From the NCBI GenBank assembly GCA_951406725.2, contig OX597835.1, forward strand, positions 45,322,001 to 45,386,000: 64,000 bases of DNA, read 5' to 3'. A program made the translations under genes and the position numbers. Positions 14,621 through 29,340 of this stretch are shown here, piece after piece. How positions within the stretch are numbered: the stretch's first letter is position 1; each line of letters starts with the position of its first letter. The notes under the pieces are model-generated. The model had not been told where the DNA came from, did no database searches, and saw only the letters and a program-made list of their open reading frames with translations. Origin of the DNA: Octopus vulgaris (Eukaryota).

Positions 14621-17276
14621 AACTACGTAATATTTAGAATATATATATATATATCATTATGATATATATTATATACACGTATATATATATATATGTATTA
14701 ATGTATGTATATATATATATGTATATATATATATAATTTTATGTACATATATATATATGTACACACATATATACATTTATATACACATATATATATATGC
14801 ATATATATATATACATATATATGCATATATGCATACATATGTACGTATATATATATATATACAGTTATATATATATATGTGTGTGTACGTGTGTGTGTAC
14901 GTGTGTGTGAGTGTGTGCCAGTAGATACACACACATATATAGATATATAGATACAATGATAAATAGAGTGATAGGGAGACAAACGGACATACAAACTTTC
15001 AAACAGATATAGTTACACACAGAAGTACATGTACACACACACACACACACACGCAAATATATGTATTTGCGCGTGTGTACGTTTGTGTGTGTGTGTGCAT
15101 TTATACATATATATCCACACATTACACACATATATTCATATACACTTTGAGTGTCAATGTTTGAAACAACGTTAAACTTCTTCTATCCAGTGACCTTCTT
15201 AAGCAAGTAGACCCTAGTAAATATCTTCGAATGGTTAGCTTAGCACTTCCAATGAAATTCATGAAATACAGTACAAGACAACTCTGCATGTTTATATGAA
15301 AATAGTCAAGGAGTTACCAGCCATTTTGTATATTTTCATCGATCAATTTCGCTCTCACTTTTGTTTCGTTTTTAATCTATATTACTTAATCAAAACAAAC
15401 ATTATATATTGCCGCCCAGCCGGCCATTTCATTCATCGTATGCTGCAGCTACTGTGGGCTTTTACATGCAAGTTTTTGAAGTGACTGTATTCAAAGCATG
15501 ACACCTTTCCTTAAACCTAAAACAAGATATATAACCCACATTACAGTGAAATGTACAGATGGAATGAACCTTGCACTGGCAAATGTCAGATCGCCTTTTT
15601 TGTATCCCTACTTTTGCTGTGAAGGGCTTAATCCTCTTGTGGAAACTATGGCTGCTATCTTTTCTTAACTGCCGGCATGTTGCATTGTAACTGAATATTT
15701 TCTTTATGTCAAGATTGTAGCATTTGCCGATTAGATATTGACAAACATAACGAATTGTATCAATATTTTTTTTCTATGAATATGAATATATAATCACGAT
15801 AGATAAACTACATATTTCGAAGCAAATATCTGTAATTATTTTCCTTGCCACTTTTCGTTTGAAAACATGTTTACCTCCTGCAGAACAACTGATTTCTGTA
15901 GCCGTATATAATTTGTCTCTTCTCTTCCATATATCACCATCAGGTGTATTATGTTTCCATCTTCGATATGAACAGTTTACCAATATTCCATGACCTACTA
16001 GGTATGTATGCATGCATTCAATAATCATGACATTGTCTAGATTTATTCCAAGATTATCTTTCGAACGACTGGCATTATTTAATCACCGCCATCATGTCCG
16101 AATGGTAAATAGCATCTTCATGAAACTTTTGGATTGTTGCCGATCAAAAGTTTAATGCTTCTTCAGAAGAGTTACGTTCATCTTGTATCTTCTTGTAAGT
16201 TTAATCCACATTCATGATTGCATCTCGGGCGAATTTAAGAGCTGCATTGATTGATTAGTTCTTCAGGTAATTCGTAACCATCGCAGCTCTGGGATTACAA
16301 CAGGAAAATCTTCCAGATTTGACATGTGCGTGTATGAGTTTGTTTGGGTGTGTGTGTGTAGAAGTGTGTATATGCGTTTTTATTTTTGTACTTGCACCCG
16401 CTCCACCACTTGATAACCGGTGTTAATTTGTTTTTGTTTTTAGCTGTTCGTCAACGAATAAATACTTAATTTCAAAATATAGTTCTGGAGTCAATTTTTC
16501 GCCGAAAAGTTTTCAAATTACTGTCCCAGAATGGCCACCGTCCAATGACTGAAACGAGTTTAATATATATGATAATAGATAAAAACAGGATAGAGGGTCA
16601 CACAGATGAATTTTACCGATTATTCGGATGATACATTTGCATTGAATATTCATATGATCAACATCCTCAACATTTCGGCAAACATATACCTGTGCATATT
16701 CTTTTTCATTCCTCCGTCTTGATTGTCTGGAGAGAAGGCAATGCGCAGCACATATCAAGAAGCGTTTGCACCTGTTAGAAAGAAAGCGAACAGTACCATG
16801 AAGCCGAAATAATGGACAGGAGTGTTCCATTTAGAGGAGTGTGCTAATGGAGTGCCGACTCACAGATCGTCATTTTTAAAGGAGTAACAAATGGAGTGAG
16901 TTGTTTGGATTTTCGGTTACCCATTTTGCGATACAGAGAAAAAAAGAGCATAAGAGGGACACACAGAGAGACGATAAGAGAAGCAAGTTAATTAAACATA
17001 GACTTGTTGGCAGAAAGCGAATCAATAAAAGAGCGGTTATGGTATGAGTTATAACAAATGAAAAATGTTTAGTATTATATTTCCAGGAAATAAGTAACTA
17101 TCATTCGATAATTAGCATTCATTTCATCATTTGACATAGGAACCTATATATCTGGCATAGAAAATTACCATCATTATACATTGCATGTACGGCCCATTTC
17201 CTGATATCACACAGCGGCGACAGAATATTTGCAAAGTTACTCGACAATTGATAACTGACTGGTAACGTTCATGCAA

Positions 17277-17311
<35 letters not shown>

Positions 17312-17522
17312 TGTATGTATGTATGTATGTATGTGTGTATGCATAATATCTACAGAATATTACATACATACATGCATACATACATAGATACATGTTATGT
17401 AACCAATTTAACATATAAACACATATAATATATGTACATATATACGCATTATATATATATGTATATATGTATATATGTATGTATGTATGTATGTGTTATA
17501 TATATATATATATATATATGTG

Positions 17523-17615
<93 letters not shown>

Positions 17616-18194
17616 TATATTACCTACTCCACAGAAAGACTTTCGCTAAAACCGCCACATAAATATCGCCGACTTTAATGAGGGTGCGAAATCTGAAGAG
17701 CTATCTGAAATCCTATAATAATTTTTCAGTCGAAAGATAGCCTATACCATAGAGAAATATGAGCTATAAAAACAATTTATTATGGGAAATGAAATCCATA
17801 AATTGTATCACATGTCCATACCGAATGGATGCATTAATTCATTTATTTCGTTCGTAATATTTATGGAGCTTCATAAATTCTCTGAACGAGATCCGGAAAA
17901 ATGAGACTAGAAAAGAAATAAAAATGCACAGGAAAAGAGATTTGCTATTAATAAACTGGATTCCTGTCTTAACATCCGGTCCGTTTGGGCAAATGAGCTA
18001 TCAAAAGTTTTTAAAATTAGCATTATGCGGTTGAGTAATCCGCTGACACGTATAACTTCACGTTCATGTTCGCACAAAGTTGGCTTCACACAATGTAACA
18101 AGAGAGTATCATTTGAAGACGATGTGAAATCCATCTGACGGGCTTGTATCCTGTTTCAATCTTACATCACCTATTTTTTACTCCTTCCATCCAT

Positions 18195-18340
18195 TGGACA
18201 GCGGCCATGCTGGGGCACTTGTTTGAAGAATTTTTACCAAAAATCGACTCTAGCTCTACCTTTTGAGACTTGGTTGACAAAGCACCAAGGAACTGGGACG
18301 TAAACTAATAAACACCGGTTATCGAGCGCTGGGAGGGCAC
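18195..18340 (-). mobile_element. SINE family B 3' fragment
   Basis: gcggccatgctggggcac ... ggacgtaaac ... acaccggtt. Confidence 0.6.
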
Positions 18341-18805
18341 GTGCACAAAGACAATTACATATACTCATGTACACACACATACACACACTCATATATATAC
18401 ACGCATACACACACAGATTTATACCTCGAATCCTCCGTGTGTTAATACAGGCCTCCTAACGACAATGTAAACTTTCATTTTATTGAGATATGCTTGGCCT
18501 GAAGATTAGCCTGAGGTGTTCACCTCACTTGGATATTTGCCACTTCCGATGTTCCGCTCGCTATGCAATATATGATGCCCGGATTTTATCTAATCCATTA
18601 TTTAACACTTTTATTCGCATACTTGATAAAATTGTCTGCCTACAGTGAAATATAGATCTTTTTTTCAGCTTATATTATTCCGATACGGAAAAAAAAATCC
18701 ACAACATTCCGACCGAATAAACCAATATTTTCCCTGGAAGATGACTTTTTATATTTTCTATGGATTTCTTGGAGCTCATTTTCTTCCTACACCTCGTTGA
18801 TTGGA

Positions 18806-18990
18806 GTATTTGTCTCTAGACCTTTCAGACGCGTTCACCATACACATTTTGTGGCTATGGCGAAAGAATGTGTATGGACGCGTCTAAATGGTCTAGAGAC
18901 AAACACGTTGCTTTCTGGTCAATCTCTCATCAGCTTCTTCAAGTATCACTTGAAGAGGAAGGTGAGAATAGAGAGGGAGGTTTTGCTTAT
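18806..18990 (+). mobile_element. Tx1/L1-type LINE ORF2 C-terminal fragment with a short inverted piece at its 5' side
   Basis: MAKECVWTRLNGLETNTLLSGQSLISFFKYHLKRKVRIEREVL matches the 59387-59887 ORF; 18806-18848 is the reverse complement of 18867-18906. Confidence 0.85.
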
Positions 18991-19433
18991 ATGGTAACGT
19001 GCGTTAACCTGACTACAAACACTTAAGTTTTATGATTGGCCCATTCCCAAACTTTGCCCATCCAATACCCCTCTTTCAATTAAATTACTTTTATCCTCTC
19101 TTTCTACCCTTCCTTACTTCATTTCACCTTTAACTAACCTGTCTTTTCCTCTTCTTTTTATTCTACTCGCAACTTTCCATCCATTCCTCTGCCCCACCCC
19201 CACCGTCACTCACCATTCTTTCAGTGTTCTGCTTTGTTCTAAACAGAAAGGGTCTGATGAATGTAACATTAATCTTTTTTAGGTCGTCCAACTTTTTTTC
19301 TTCTCATTTCCTCAAGAGACCTGTTTGAGTAAAGCTATCAGTAATGTACCTATTAACGTTACTGGATACAGCTGTAAGCCAAATTTATTTTAATAAAGGA
19401 AAAATATGTAATCACAATTATTTTTAACTTGCT

Positions 19434-19571
<138 letters not shown>

Positions 19572-19614
19572 CAATAATAAATCTCTAAGCGAGGTATAAA
19601 CAGTAACTGCTCTG

Positions 19615-19862
19615 TAATATAAGCGGGACCAGCCATCTGAATGTGGCTAGGGACAGGGGGGGGTGGTGGGGTTGTTACTGATGCATTTAGCCCCAGGCGA
19701 CTATAGACGTCACCAGGGGAGCCGACAAGGACAGGCTAGCAAGGACACCGTGATGGTGTCGGCTCTCCTGGTGACGTCTATAGTCGCCTGGGGCTAAATG
19801 CATCAGTAACACCCCCACCAACCCGCCCTGTCCCTAGCCACATTCAGATGGCTGGTCCCGCT

Positions 19863-19869
<7 letters not shown>
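19615..19869. mobile_element. Near-perfect GC-rich palindrome (MITE or fold-back element) between (TA)n runs
   Basis: Arms 19615-19727 and 19757-19869 are reverse complements, with a 29-nt spacer. Confidence 0.85.
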
Positions 19870-19945
<76 letters not shown>

Positions 19946-19959
19946 TAATATATATATAA

Positions 19960-20187
19960 AAGGCGGCGAGCTGGCAGAAACGTTAGTACGCCGGGCAAAA
20001 TGCGTAGCCGTATTTCGTTTGCCGTTACGTTCCGAGTTCAAATTCCGCCGAGGTCGACTTTGCCTTTCATCCTCTCGCGGTCGATAAATTAAGTACCAGT
20101 TACGCACTGGGGTCGATATAATCGACTTAATCCCTTTGTCTGTCCTGGTTTGTCCCCTCTGTGTTTAGCCCCTTGTGGGTAGTATAG

Positions 20188-20192
<5 letters not shown>
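19960..20192 (+). mobile_element. SINE family A, near full length
   Basis: aaggcggcgagctggcagaa ... gagttcaaattcc ... gtcgactttgcctttcatcc ... ccccttgtgggtagta. Confidence 0.9.
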
Positions 20193-20230
<38 letters not shown>

Positions 20231-20725
20231 CATATATATGTTTGTATGCGTGTGTGTGTATATATATATATACATATATATGAATGTATATATATATAAA
20301 TATCAATATATGTACGCACCTTCATATATACATACATTCAGGAACAGCCATATATGTGTGTACATGTGTGTGACTGTCTGTTTGTTTTACCTTCTTATCA
20401 CGCGATGCCTCAAAAAAAATATTATCACGTCTACACTCAGGAAAATTGTTCATTTTACAACAATGTTTTCTTTCAAATATTCAGTATTTTTTTAAGAATT
20501 CAATAATGACCTTTATATGAAATTGTGCTACAGTAATATCAAGACGACAACTGACTCTCTCGCTTAATCACTCTTTCCTCTCTCTCTATCTCTCTCTCTC
20601 TCTCACTCTTTAAACATATACATAGATATATATGTACATAACATATAATCACACGCGCAGACATACACTCACTGACACAGACAGACATACACAGACACAC
20701 ACACACACACACACACACATGTATA

Positions 20726-20757
<32 letters not shown>

Positions 20758-20900
20758 CGGATTGATGGCTGGATGTTTGGATAGGCTGATATTCAATATT
20801 TCTCTTTAGTTTTTGTCTTTTGTCAAGCTAAAGACTGTGGCTACGATAGAACAACGGTATATATTCATGTACAGATGCATATACGGTGTGTGCGTGTGTG

Positions 20901-20941
<41 letters not shown>

Positions 20942-21459
20942 TATGTGTGTATACATTTGCATACACTCATATACACGTATAAACACAACTTCACAGACAT
21001 ATACTGTTACACATCTCGAGAGACTTACATATGTGTTTATACAATCAGGTCGCTATGAATAACAATATAAGTATTCAACAAATCAACAACATGATACACT
21101 ATATAAGCTAAGAGGCTCCTGATATTGCAGATAAAATAAGAAGAACAGACTGATAATGAAAATAAGAAAGTGTAGCCTTTGTGAAGTGAAATTGATTGGA
21201 TTATGAAAATGCACTTTTAAAAGTTATTTAATAAATATCAAAATGGCAAACATTTATGTTTCTTCTCTACACAATGGTTTAGTATAACTGTCAGCGAAAT
21301 GTCAGATTTTCTTTTGTTTTTGTTGGTTTTTCTTGTATTTATAACACATAAGGTTCGAGGGGTGTGAAATGATGTACAGTGTGATATACATACGAATATA
21401 GAAACATGCGTTAATGCATCTAGATATTGTCTGTCTGTCTGTCTTTTTTCCTACTAGTA

Positions 21460-22320
21460 TTGGTTTCAGCCAGAGGCTGGGGCCATGCTCGAGTACCCTC
21501 TTTCAGTGTGTTTGAATTTCCATTTTCTACTGCTTTTGGTGAAGTAGAGAGGTGGACGGAGCTGCTTTGCTATGTTCCGCTTGTCGCGATGTGGATTCAT
21601 CTGGTATCTCAGAAGAAAATTTGTCCAGACACTCTTTGAAGACCACCATAGCTGCATTTTGCGCATCTCTGAGGTTGGTTAGAATTATGTGGAAGACTTA
21701 TGTTCCCTTGAAACTCAAGCTGTGGCAATATTGTGTTTGCCTTTTAAATCGAGAAGACGGTAGCTTTGGTACTATGCAGTGCCGTAGAGCTCATGGTTTG
21801 TATAGCTTTCAATTCCAAAGTTGGGAGATAGATTTTCCTGGATCTTTCATGTGTATATCATTGCATGTCTTTCATGCCTTCGCTCTAGGGAGTTCTTGCA
21901 GCTTCTCCCTGTAACTCATCTACGTCATCTACGTATAGTGGCACTGGATTGCCTAAAGATCTACCATTCCACTAGTTGATGCTCAGCAGGGATCACATTT
22001 GGGTGCAGTAAAGAAGGTCTCAACAGTTGTGACATGCTATCCTTTTTTTCTCGCTCTCAATGATCCCAGAATCTACCCAGCACAGTGTGGTCATCTGGGT
22101 AATATGTACATGGAATATTGTACCATTTCTCATGATGCATATTGCGGCAAGAGGCCACGCACCACCTCTGACTCTAGGATAGCACCACCCACTGGGCCTG
22201 TTTTTTATTATAGTCTGTGGGACTATTTTGGAGTACTGGAAACTGCTCAGCATTGAACTGCACGTTACTTTCATCCGCCTGTTTGTATATTGCCTGCAGG
22301 TCGTTTGGCATTTTTAGTTT
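21460..22320 (-). mobile_element. Decayed CR1/L2-group LINE, 3' portion
   Basis: Minus-strand peptides SLERRHERHAMIY, HSLSFKG and VFKECLDKFSSEIPDE; 3' tail gcatggcccCAGCCtctGGCTGaaac. Confidence 0.7.
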
Positions 22321-23610
22321 GTCATCCGTGTCTTAGACGACCGGTAATAATTTTGTATCATTAGGAAAGCATGTGAGAAAGACTGACTGTACGCATGACG
22401 GTATGTCTGAAAGAGCCACCACAAGCAGTATCGATCCCAGTTCTTGGACGTACCCCGCTGCGAATTGATGCCTCTCCAAAGTTGGATAAATAAGTCGATA
22501 GACAGATAGATAGATAGACACATTGTTGCATGGGGGAGAGAGGGGGAGAGACAAAGAGAAAGAGAGAAGGGGAGAGAAAAATATTTTGATGACCGCACAT
22601 GATCAGTCTTTGCAATTGTGTCGCTGTTTATGCAAATAATCTGAGGATTAGGATTAGTCTAAACTAATAACCTAATAATCTAGCACATTGTATCTATATG
22701 ATAATTGGATTAGACTGTTTTGTTACACAAAATCAAAATACACCAAGCACATGAGGCCTACTACTCCATCCATCCATTCATCCATCCATATACATATACA
22801 TACATACATATATATATAATATTGAGGTTTCTTTCTTTCTTTTGTTATCTTACCGTTTTACCAATATATATATATATATATATATATTCTTAAATATGTC
22901 CATACATATATGCCTAAAGGAGAACTTTATGAACGTAAAGTTTTCAGAAAAATAAAGCAACAAGCTGTCTCGTGTCCTACAATCACCATCTGTAAGCGGA
23001 ATAGCAGAAATATACAAGACTTTTCTCAAGTTTAACAGGTAATACTGTTTCCGTTTCCTACATATCAATGACGGAGTTTTCTATCTTTGTTACAAAATGA
23101 TATCTTTTGTTAATGGAAGACATTAAATAACTTAAAACGAAAGAGTTCACACAGACGTGGCTGTGTGGCAAGAAACTTGCTTCCCAACCTCTAGCATTTA
23201 TTTTGAAAAGGAATCCGCTCTTGAATTTTATGACGGAAACACTTTCCAAATATTTGGTTCTGTTGATGTCGTTCCAGGTTCCACATCTATCTCCACATTC
23301 TTCTACTAAGAATTTTGATTTATTCTCTGATTTGAATTCCTCCCTTGAGAGGTGTTTTTTAAGATTTTTTGGTTGGCGTCTGCTATTCCGTAAGGTGTTT
23401 TTTCATTCAGATTTTTCATTTTGAGGCTTTGAGGGCGTATAGGTAAGTTCGATTTTATGGCGTGAAAGATGTTGGTTATTCCAGGATTGTGTGTTAATAA
23501 ATGGAATCGTGTTTTCATTAACTTTCTCCTTAGGTGTCCGTAGTTGGGTGATGTCCAGTTTCATCGCCTTTTTAATTCCCAAATTAATTAATCCTAAGGA
23601 GATTATATAT

Positions 23611-24019
23611 ACTCTTTTACTCTTTTACTTGTTTCAGTCAGTTGACTGCGGCCATGCTGGAGCACCGCCTTTAGTCGAGCAAATCGACCCCGGGACTTAT
23701 TCTTTGTAAGTCCAATATTTATTCTATCGGTCTCTTTTGCCAAACCGCTAGGTGACGGGGACGTAAACACACCAGCATCGTTTGTCAAGCAATGCCAGGG
23801 GGACAAACACAGACACACAAACCCACACACACACATATATATATATACATATATACGACATGCTTCTTTCAGTTTCCGTCTACCAAATCCACTCACAAGG
23901 CATTGGTCGGCTCGAGGCTATAGTAGAAGACACTTGCCCAAGGTGCCACGCAGTGGGACTGAACCCGGAACCATGTGGTTGGTAAGCAAGCTACTTACCA
24001 CACAGCCACTCCTGCGCCT
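23611..24019 (-). mobile_element. SINE family B (tRNA head, CORE-like domain, internal microsatellite, LINE-like tail), full length
   Basis: Minus strand: gcaggagtggctgtgtggtaag ... ggttcagtccc ... gcaccttgggcaagtg ... cagcatggccgcagtcaactgactgaaac(aagtaaaagagt). Confidence 0.92.
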
Positions 24020-24135
24020 ATATATATATATAATAATAATAATAATAATGATTATAATGATTATAGTTATGTGATCGCTCCGACATTCGACTCTCCCAGT
24101 ACTATAATGACAACTTATTGTTTGTTCTAAATTAT

Positions 24136-24210
<75 letters not shown>

Positions 24211-24216
24211 AAATAT

Positions 24217-24420
24217 ATAGGGAGAATTCACGAAAAAAAAAAACAAAAGACGGAGACAGGTAGTGTAGAAAAGAAACAGATGTATTAGTATGATGCTCGG
24301 GAATTGGAAAAAAAGTATTTTGCGTTGCGAGCCTACGCTCTTCCACAGGAAGGAACACAGAAAAAAGGAGAGATAAAAAGGAGAAAAAAAATGTAGTGGC
24401 TACCGATCTATCACGGCAAT
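24217..24420 (-). mobile_element. Short (TA)n-anchored element with a degenerate hammerhead (24318-24351)
   Basis: Minus strand: CTGTGGA a gagc-gtag-gctc GCAA cg ca. Confidence 0.5.
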
Positions 24421-24463
<43 letters not shown>

Positions 24464-24935
24464 TTTATATATATGTGTATATATATATGTACGTATGTAT
24501 GCATGTATGTATGTATGTATATGTATGTATGTATGTATGTATGTGTGCATGTATGTGTGTATGTATGTGTGTATATGTGTACTCGCATATACCAACACAT
24601 GTATGTGAGCGTGTTACTGTATGTCTGTGTGTTGCCGTACGTCTGTCTACGTCTTTCGCAAGCTCTCTCTCTCTCACTATTTATCTCTGTTAAATAGATG
24701 GGTTAGGGGATGCGAGAATAGGTTATACAAATGTAGAGACGCAGAAAAAACGAAATATAATTATTGTGCAAACTGTGCCATTGCAGATAATTGCCGACTG
24801 TGACTGTTGCAGATCTAATCACAATATAAATTGAGTTCACAAGATAATAGACAAGATAGTCTTAGGAAAGCATTAATATCTCAATGGTTACTTTAGTCTT
24901 GGAGACGATCACACACATAGACATATGAATTTACG

Positions 24936-25019
<84 letters not shown>

Positions 25020-25024
<5 letters not shown>

Positions 25025-25155
25025 GATATTTACAGAAAATCTAAAGACGAAAATAGGTATATTAGTTTCACGTTCGGGAAAGTGAAAAAAATATTTTACA
25101 TTTCGAGCCTACGCACTTCAACAGAAAGGGATAAAGGAAAATAAGAGAAAATATA
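25020..25155 (-). mobile_element. Short (TA)n-anchored element with a degenerate hammerhead (25094-25127)
   Basis: Minus strand: ttt CTGTTGA a gtgc-gtag-gctc GAAA tg TA aaa. Confidence 0.55.
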
Positions 25156-25201
25156 TTCATATACACACACATATATAGATACATATGTTTATATATGTAT
25201 G

Positions 25202-25308
<107 letters not shown>

Positions 25309-27464
25309 ATACGTGTATATATTTTCTCGTATTCCTTTCTGTGAATATGCACATATATATCTGTACTTACTCTCACACACCTACACACATACTGATACAT
25401 ATATGTGTAAATATAAATATCTGTGTGTATAAGTACGTATGCATATATGTTTCTGTTTTGCAAATACCTGGATATAAACTTACGAACTTCGTCATAACAA
25501 TATTTGTCTCCTCATGAACTGAAGTTGCGTTGCAATCTATCGCCAATAGCGTCAGTGACAGACCCTACCTCTCTTACATGGTCTGTATTCGAATATCATA
25601 CTTTAATATTTCATTTCAACTTCTTTGTGACTTTTGCCTTAAATAGAAGATTTAAAAGAAAATAACTACTTTAAATCTAAATTAAATGCTATTTTTAAAA
25701 TCTCGTAGTTACTCAGTTTGTTGTCTTTAGACTTTGAATAATATTTTAGAAGTTGGTCGTTATCATTTTCTGGCGACACACCCGAATCACTGCAAATTTC
25801 CACGCCGGGCGATGCGGTTGGGTAGAGAGGCATTGATGTGTCCCTTGGATTTGAGTTAATTTGATCAGTTACTAGATAAACTATTTTATTTGGGCCCACG
25901 ACGACTGCAGCTGCTTGTCATTGTTCGCGAACTGAACTGGTTGTTGTCAGTTTGTTCAACATTTAGTGATATTCACTATTGATTCAATGATATCCATTCG
26001 CCGAAATAGTCCACAATCACTTTGCTGCCTCCTATGATTCCAACACAATCTGGCTCAGAGGTTACATGATATTTATCCAAATATGAGACCGTCATAGACT
26101 CTACTACTCTGGGAAGAGCAGAGCTGGGGAAAATAGTGGCAACAAGTTGGTCCCAAACTTTTCAAAATCTTGGAGCTCCCAAAACAAGGCTCCCCTATGA
26201 ACATGCAGCTTGAACTCACATGATGTTTTTAATTAACTATATCTGTTATTGCAGGAATCCCTACCAACAGATCAATATGTTCTGCGTTTGGAAGAAACTG
26301 AGGTACAGAAGGAATCTTCTCTCTACTACAAAGCCAAGACCATTGTTCAGAATTAAGAATTCCCATGAATGAGACTTTACGCGAAATCGAGGAGAGACAA
26401 ACGGTATCTGGAATCATCACGAAAAGTGCAACATGTTTCGAGAACTTTGTTTCCTGATGATTATGTCTCGTTTTAAGAGGAATAACTATTGAAATAGACT
26501 TTGAGAGAGACAGTGTTATCATCATGAAAATTATTAGAGCTTTAGAACAAATGTTTTTTATTGCAACGCGCTTGCTCTTACATGACAATCTGATTTAGAA
26601 ATCCGTTTATTTGGGGTAGAATGTAAGGCGGGAAAGAATACGGTCGTTTGTTGCGCAGAAACTGATCAAGGAAAGATGTATTTGCACAGTGAACAATTTC
26701 AAGTTGAATTTTGCATACCTTACCGTTTCAAAAGACTTCAAGTACAAGAAAAAAGTGTAGTATTTACTGGAATTTAGTGTAGGATATAAGATTCTCCATA
26801 CAAAGGTGGCATTTCCAAAGGAAATTTGATTGAGAAAGTTATGCATAAGCCAATGTTAACGGTGCGAGACGAATAGCCGTATGGTTAGGTGCCAGTGGAA
26901 TTATTTCTCGAATGGGAACATTGCGAAATTGTAAGATTTCCAGTAAAGGATGAGGAAATTTGGCAAATACAATAAAATTAGTGAGTTGAAAAATTGGGTA
27001 AAGGTGAAAGCACGTTGACAGGTTACTCTCGTTCCACACCTGATCATTAGAGCGGGGTTTCGATTCTAAAACAGAGCAGTTTGTTATGCTCTGGGACAAA
27101 CCTTTCATTTCACGTTGCTCCAGTTCACTCTGCCATAAATGAGCCTCCACGCGAGGGTTTCGCATTCCGCCTATCGTAGATGTTGTGGTTTCGGTCACTG
27201 AAATGAAAGGGTCAGCGGGTAAGTGAAACTATGAAGGCTGGAGTCGAGTAGTGACTGATTATGATACGAGATCATAAATGTCAAGGCATTGGTAAATTCG
27301 TTCGTAGAAGAGATTCGTTCTCATAATGAATCAATGTCACAGGAGCGTGGCTGGCGAAGAGATTAGAATAGTTGAGGGCCATTCTCGAAGCCATAGTGAA
27401 TGTATGTAGTGATAATACGCTCTATCTCTATATGTATATGTCTTATATATATATATATATATAC

Positions 27465-27835
27465 TCTTTACTCTATTTACTCTTTTATTTGTTTCAGTCA
27501 TTTGACTGCGGCCATGCTGGAGCACCGCTTTTAGTCGAGCAAATCGACCCCAGGACTTATTCTTTGTAAGCCCAATACTTATTCCATTGGTCTCTTTTGC
27601 CGAACCGCTAAGTGACGGGGACGTAAACACACCCCAGCATCGGTTGTCAAGCAATGCTAGGGGTGTATATACATATATACGACGGGCTTCTTTCAGCTTC
27701 CGACTACCAAATCCACTCACACGGCATTGGTCGGCCCGGGGCTATAGCAGAAGACACTTGCCCAGATGCCACGCAGTGGGACTGAACCCGGAACCATGTG
27801 GTTGGTTAGCAAGCTACTTACCACACAGCCACTCC

Positions 27836-27836
<1 letters not shown>
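27465..27836 (-). mobile_element. SINE family B, full length
   Basis: Highly similar to 23611-24019. Confidence 0.92.
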
Positions 27837-27868
<32 letters not shown>

Positions 27869-28002
27869 TCAATAACTTTTGCTTGTCTATTTTGTCCCTC
27901 TGTCTTATCTCATGGTACGATATGAACATTTAACGTGGATTTTATAGTCAGTTTCGACTGCTATTTCGGCATGGTGGTGTCTCTCAGACACCCTCATTTT
28001 TA

Positions 28003-28061
<59 letters not shown>

Positions 28062-28887
28062 CTTACCTTAAGGGATAAGTAAACTGCACATACACACGCA
28101 TGCACACATGCAGAGGGACAGAGATAAAGAGATATAGAGTTACAGCAACGTTCTTAATTATGTACACTACACAGTCATGCTTGTGTATAATCACATTTAC
28201 ATGTGCCTATTTATATATGAGTTTGTACACACACACGCACACTCATATATATACATACGTGAAGACATACATACATATATACATGAACACATGTATATAT
28301 ACATATATGCATACATAGACAGAGAGATACGCTCGCGCTCGCTCTAACACAGTCTGAGATATATACACACACATCATAAACACATGTATACAAATGGAGA
28401 CACAAATAAACACACACCGGTATATGAGAAAGAAATTAAAGTGGAGCGAAAACCAGATGATAACTATGTGTTTTTTTTTGTTATCTATTTTTTTCTTTTA
28501 TATCATTCATCTCTCTGACCAATTCCTGATTAGATTTTCTGCTTTGAGTCTGTCGGTTTCATTGCAGAGTTAACACGCGGAACAAATATATTACGCTCCC
28601 GCCTTATCAAATACCTCTGGTTGAGTTATGATAAAATCGCGACCACCACCACCACCGCCGCCACCTTCGCCGACAACATCGCCGTCTTTACTGCTACCGT
28701 CATCATATTCAAAATCATCACTCTTATCCGCATCATCATAAGCATCATCGTTATGCATTAATCATCATTATTAACAGTTCCCTCATGGTAATTACTTATA
28801 TCATTATTAATTCCTCTTCTTCTTCATCATCATAATCATCCTCATCCTCATCATCATCCCCATCATCATCGTCGTCATCATCATTAC

Positions 28888-28947
<60 letters not shown>

Positions 28948-28948
28948 C

Positions 28949-29162
28949 AAGGAGGCGATCTGGCAGAATCGTTAGCACGCTGGACGAAATGCTTAGCGGT
29001 ATTTTGCCCCTCGTTACGTTTTGAGTTCAAATTCTGCGGAGGTCGACTTTACCTCTTTTCATTTCGGGGTCGATCAATTAAGTACCAGTTGAACACTGGG
29101 GTCGATCTAATTGACCCATCCCTTCCCCAACATCTCAGTCCGTGTGCTTATATGAGAAAGTA
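28949..29162 (+). mobile_element. SINE family A within (ATT)n
   Basis: Family A head and central domain; (TAT)n on both sides. Confidence 0.85.
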
Positions 29163-29178
29163 TAATTATTATTATCAA

Positions 29179-29307
<129 letters not shown>

Positions 29308-29340
29308 TACTACTACTACTACTAATATTAATAATAATTA

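Noticed and set aside
28450-28640. Cluster of GATA-like sites as an enhancer
   Set aside because: Expected by chance in AT-rich DNA; no conservation data are available.
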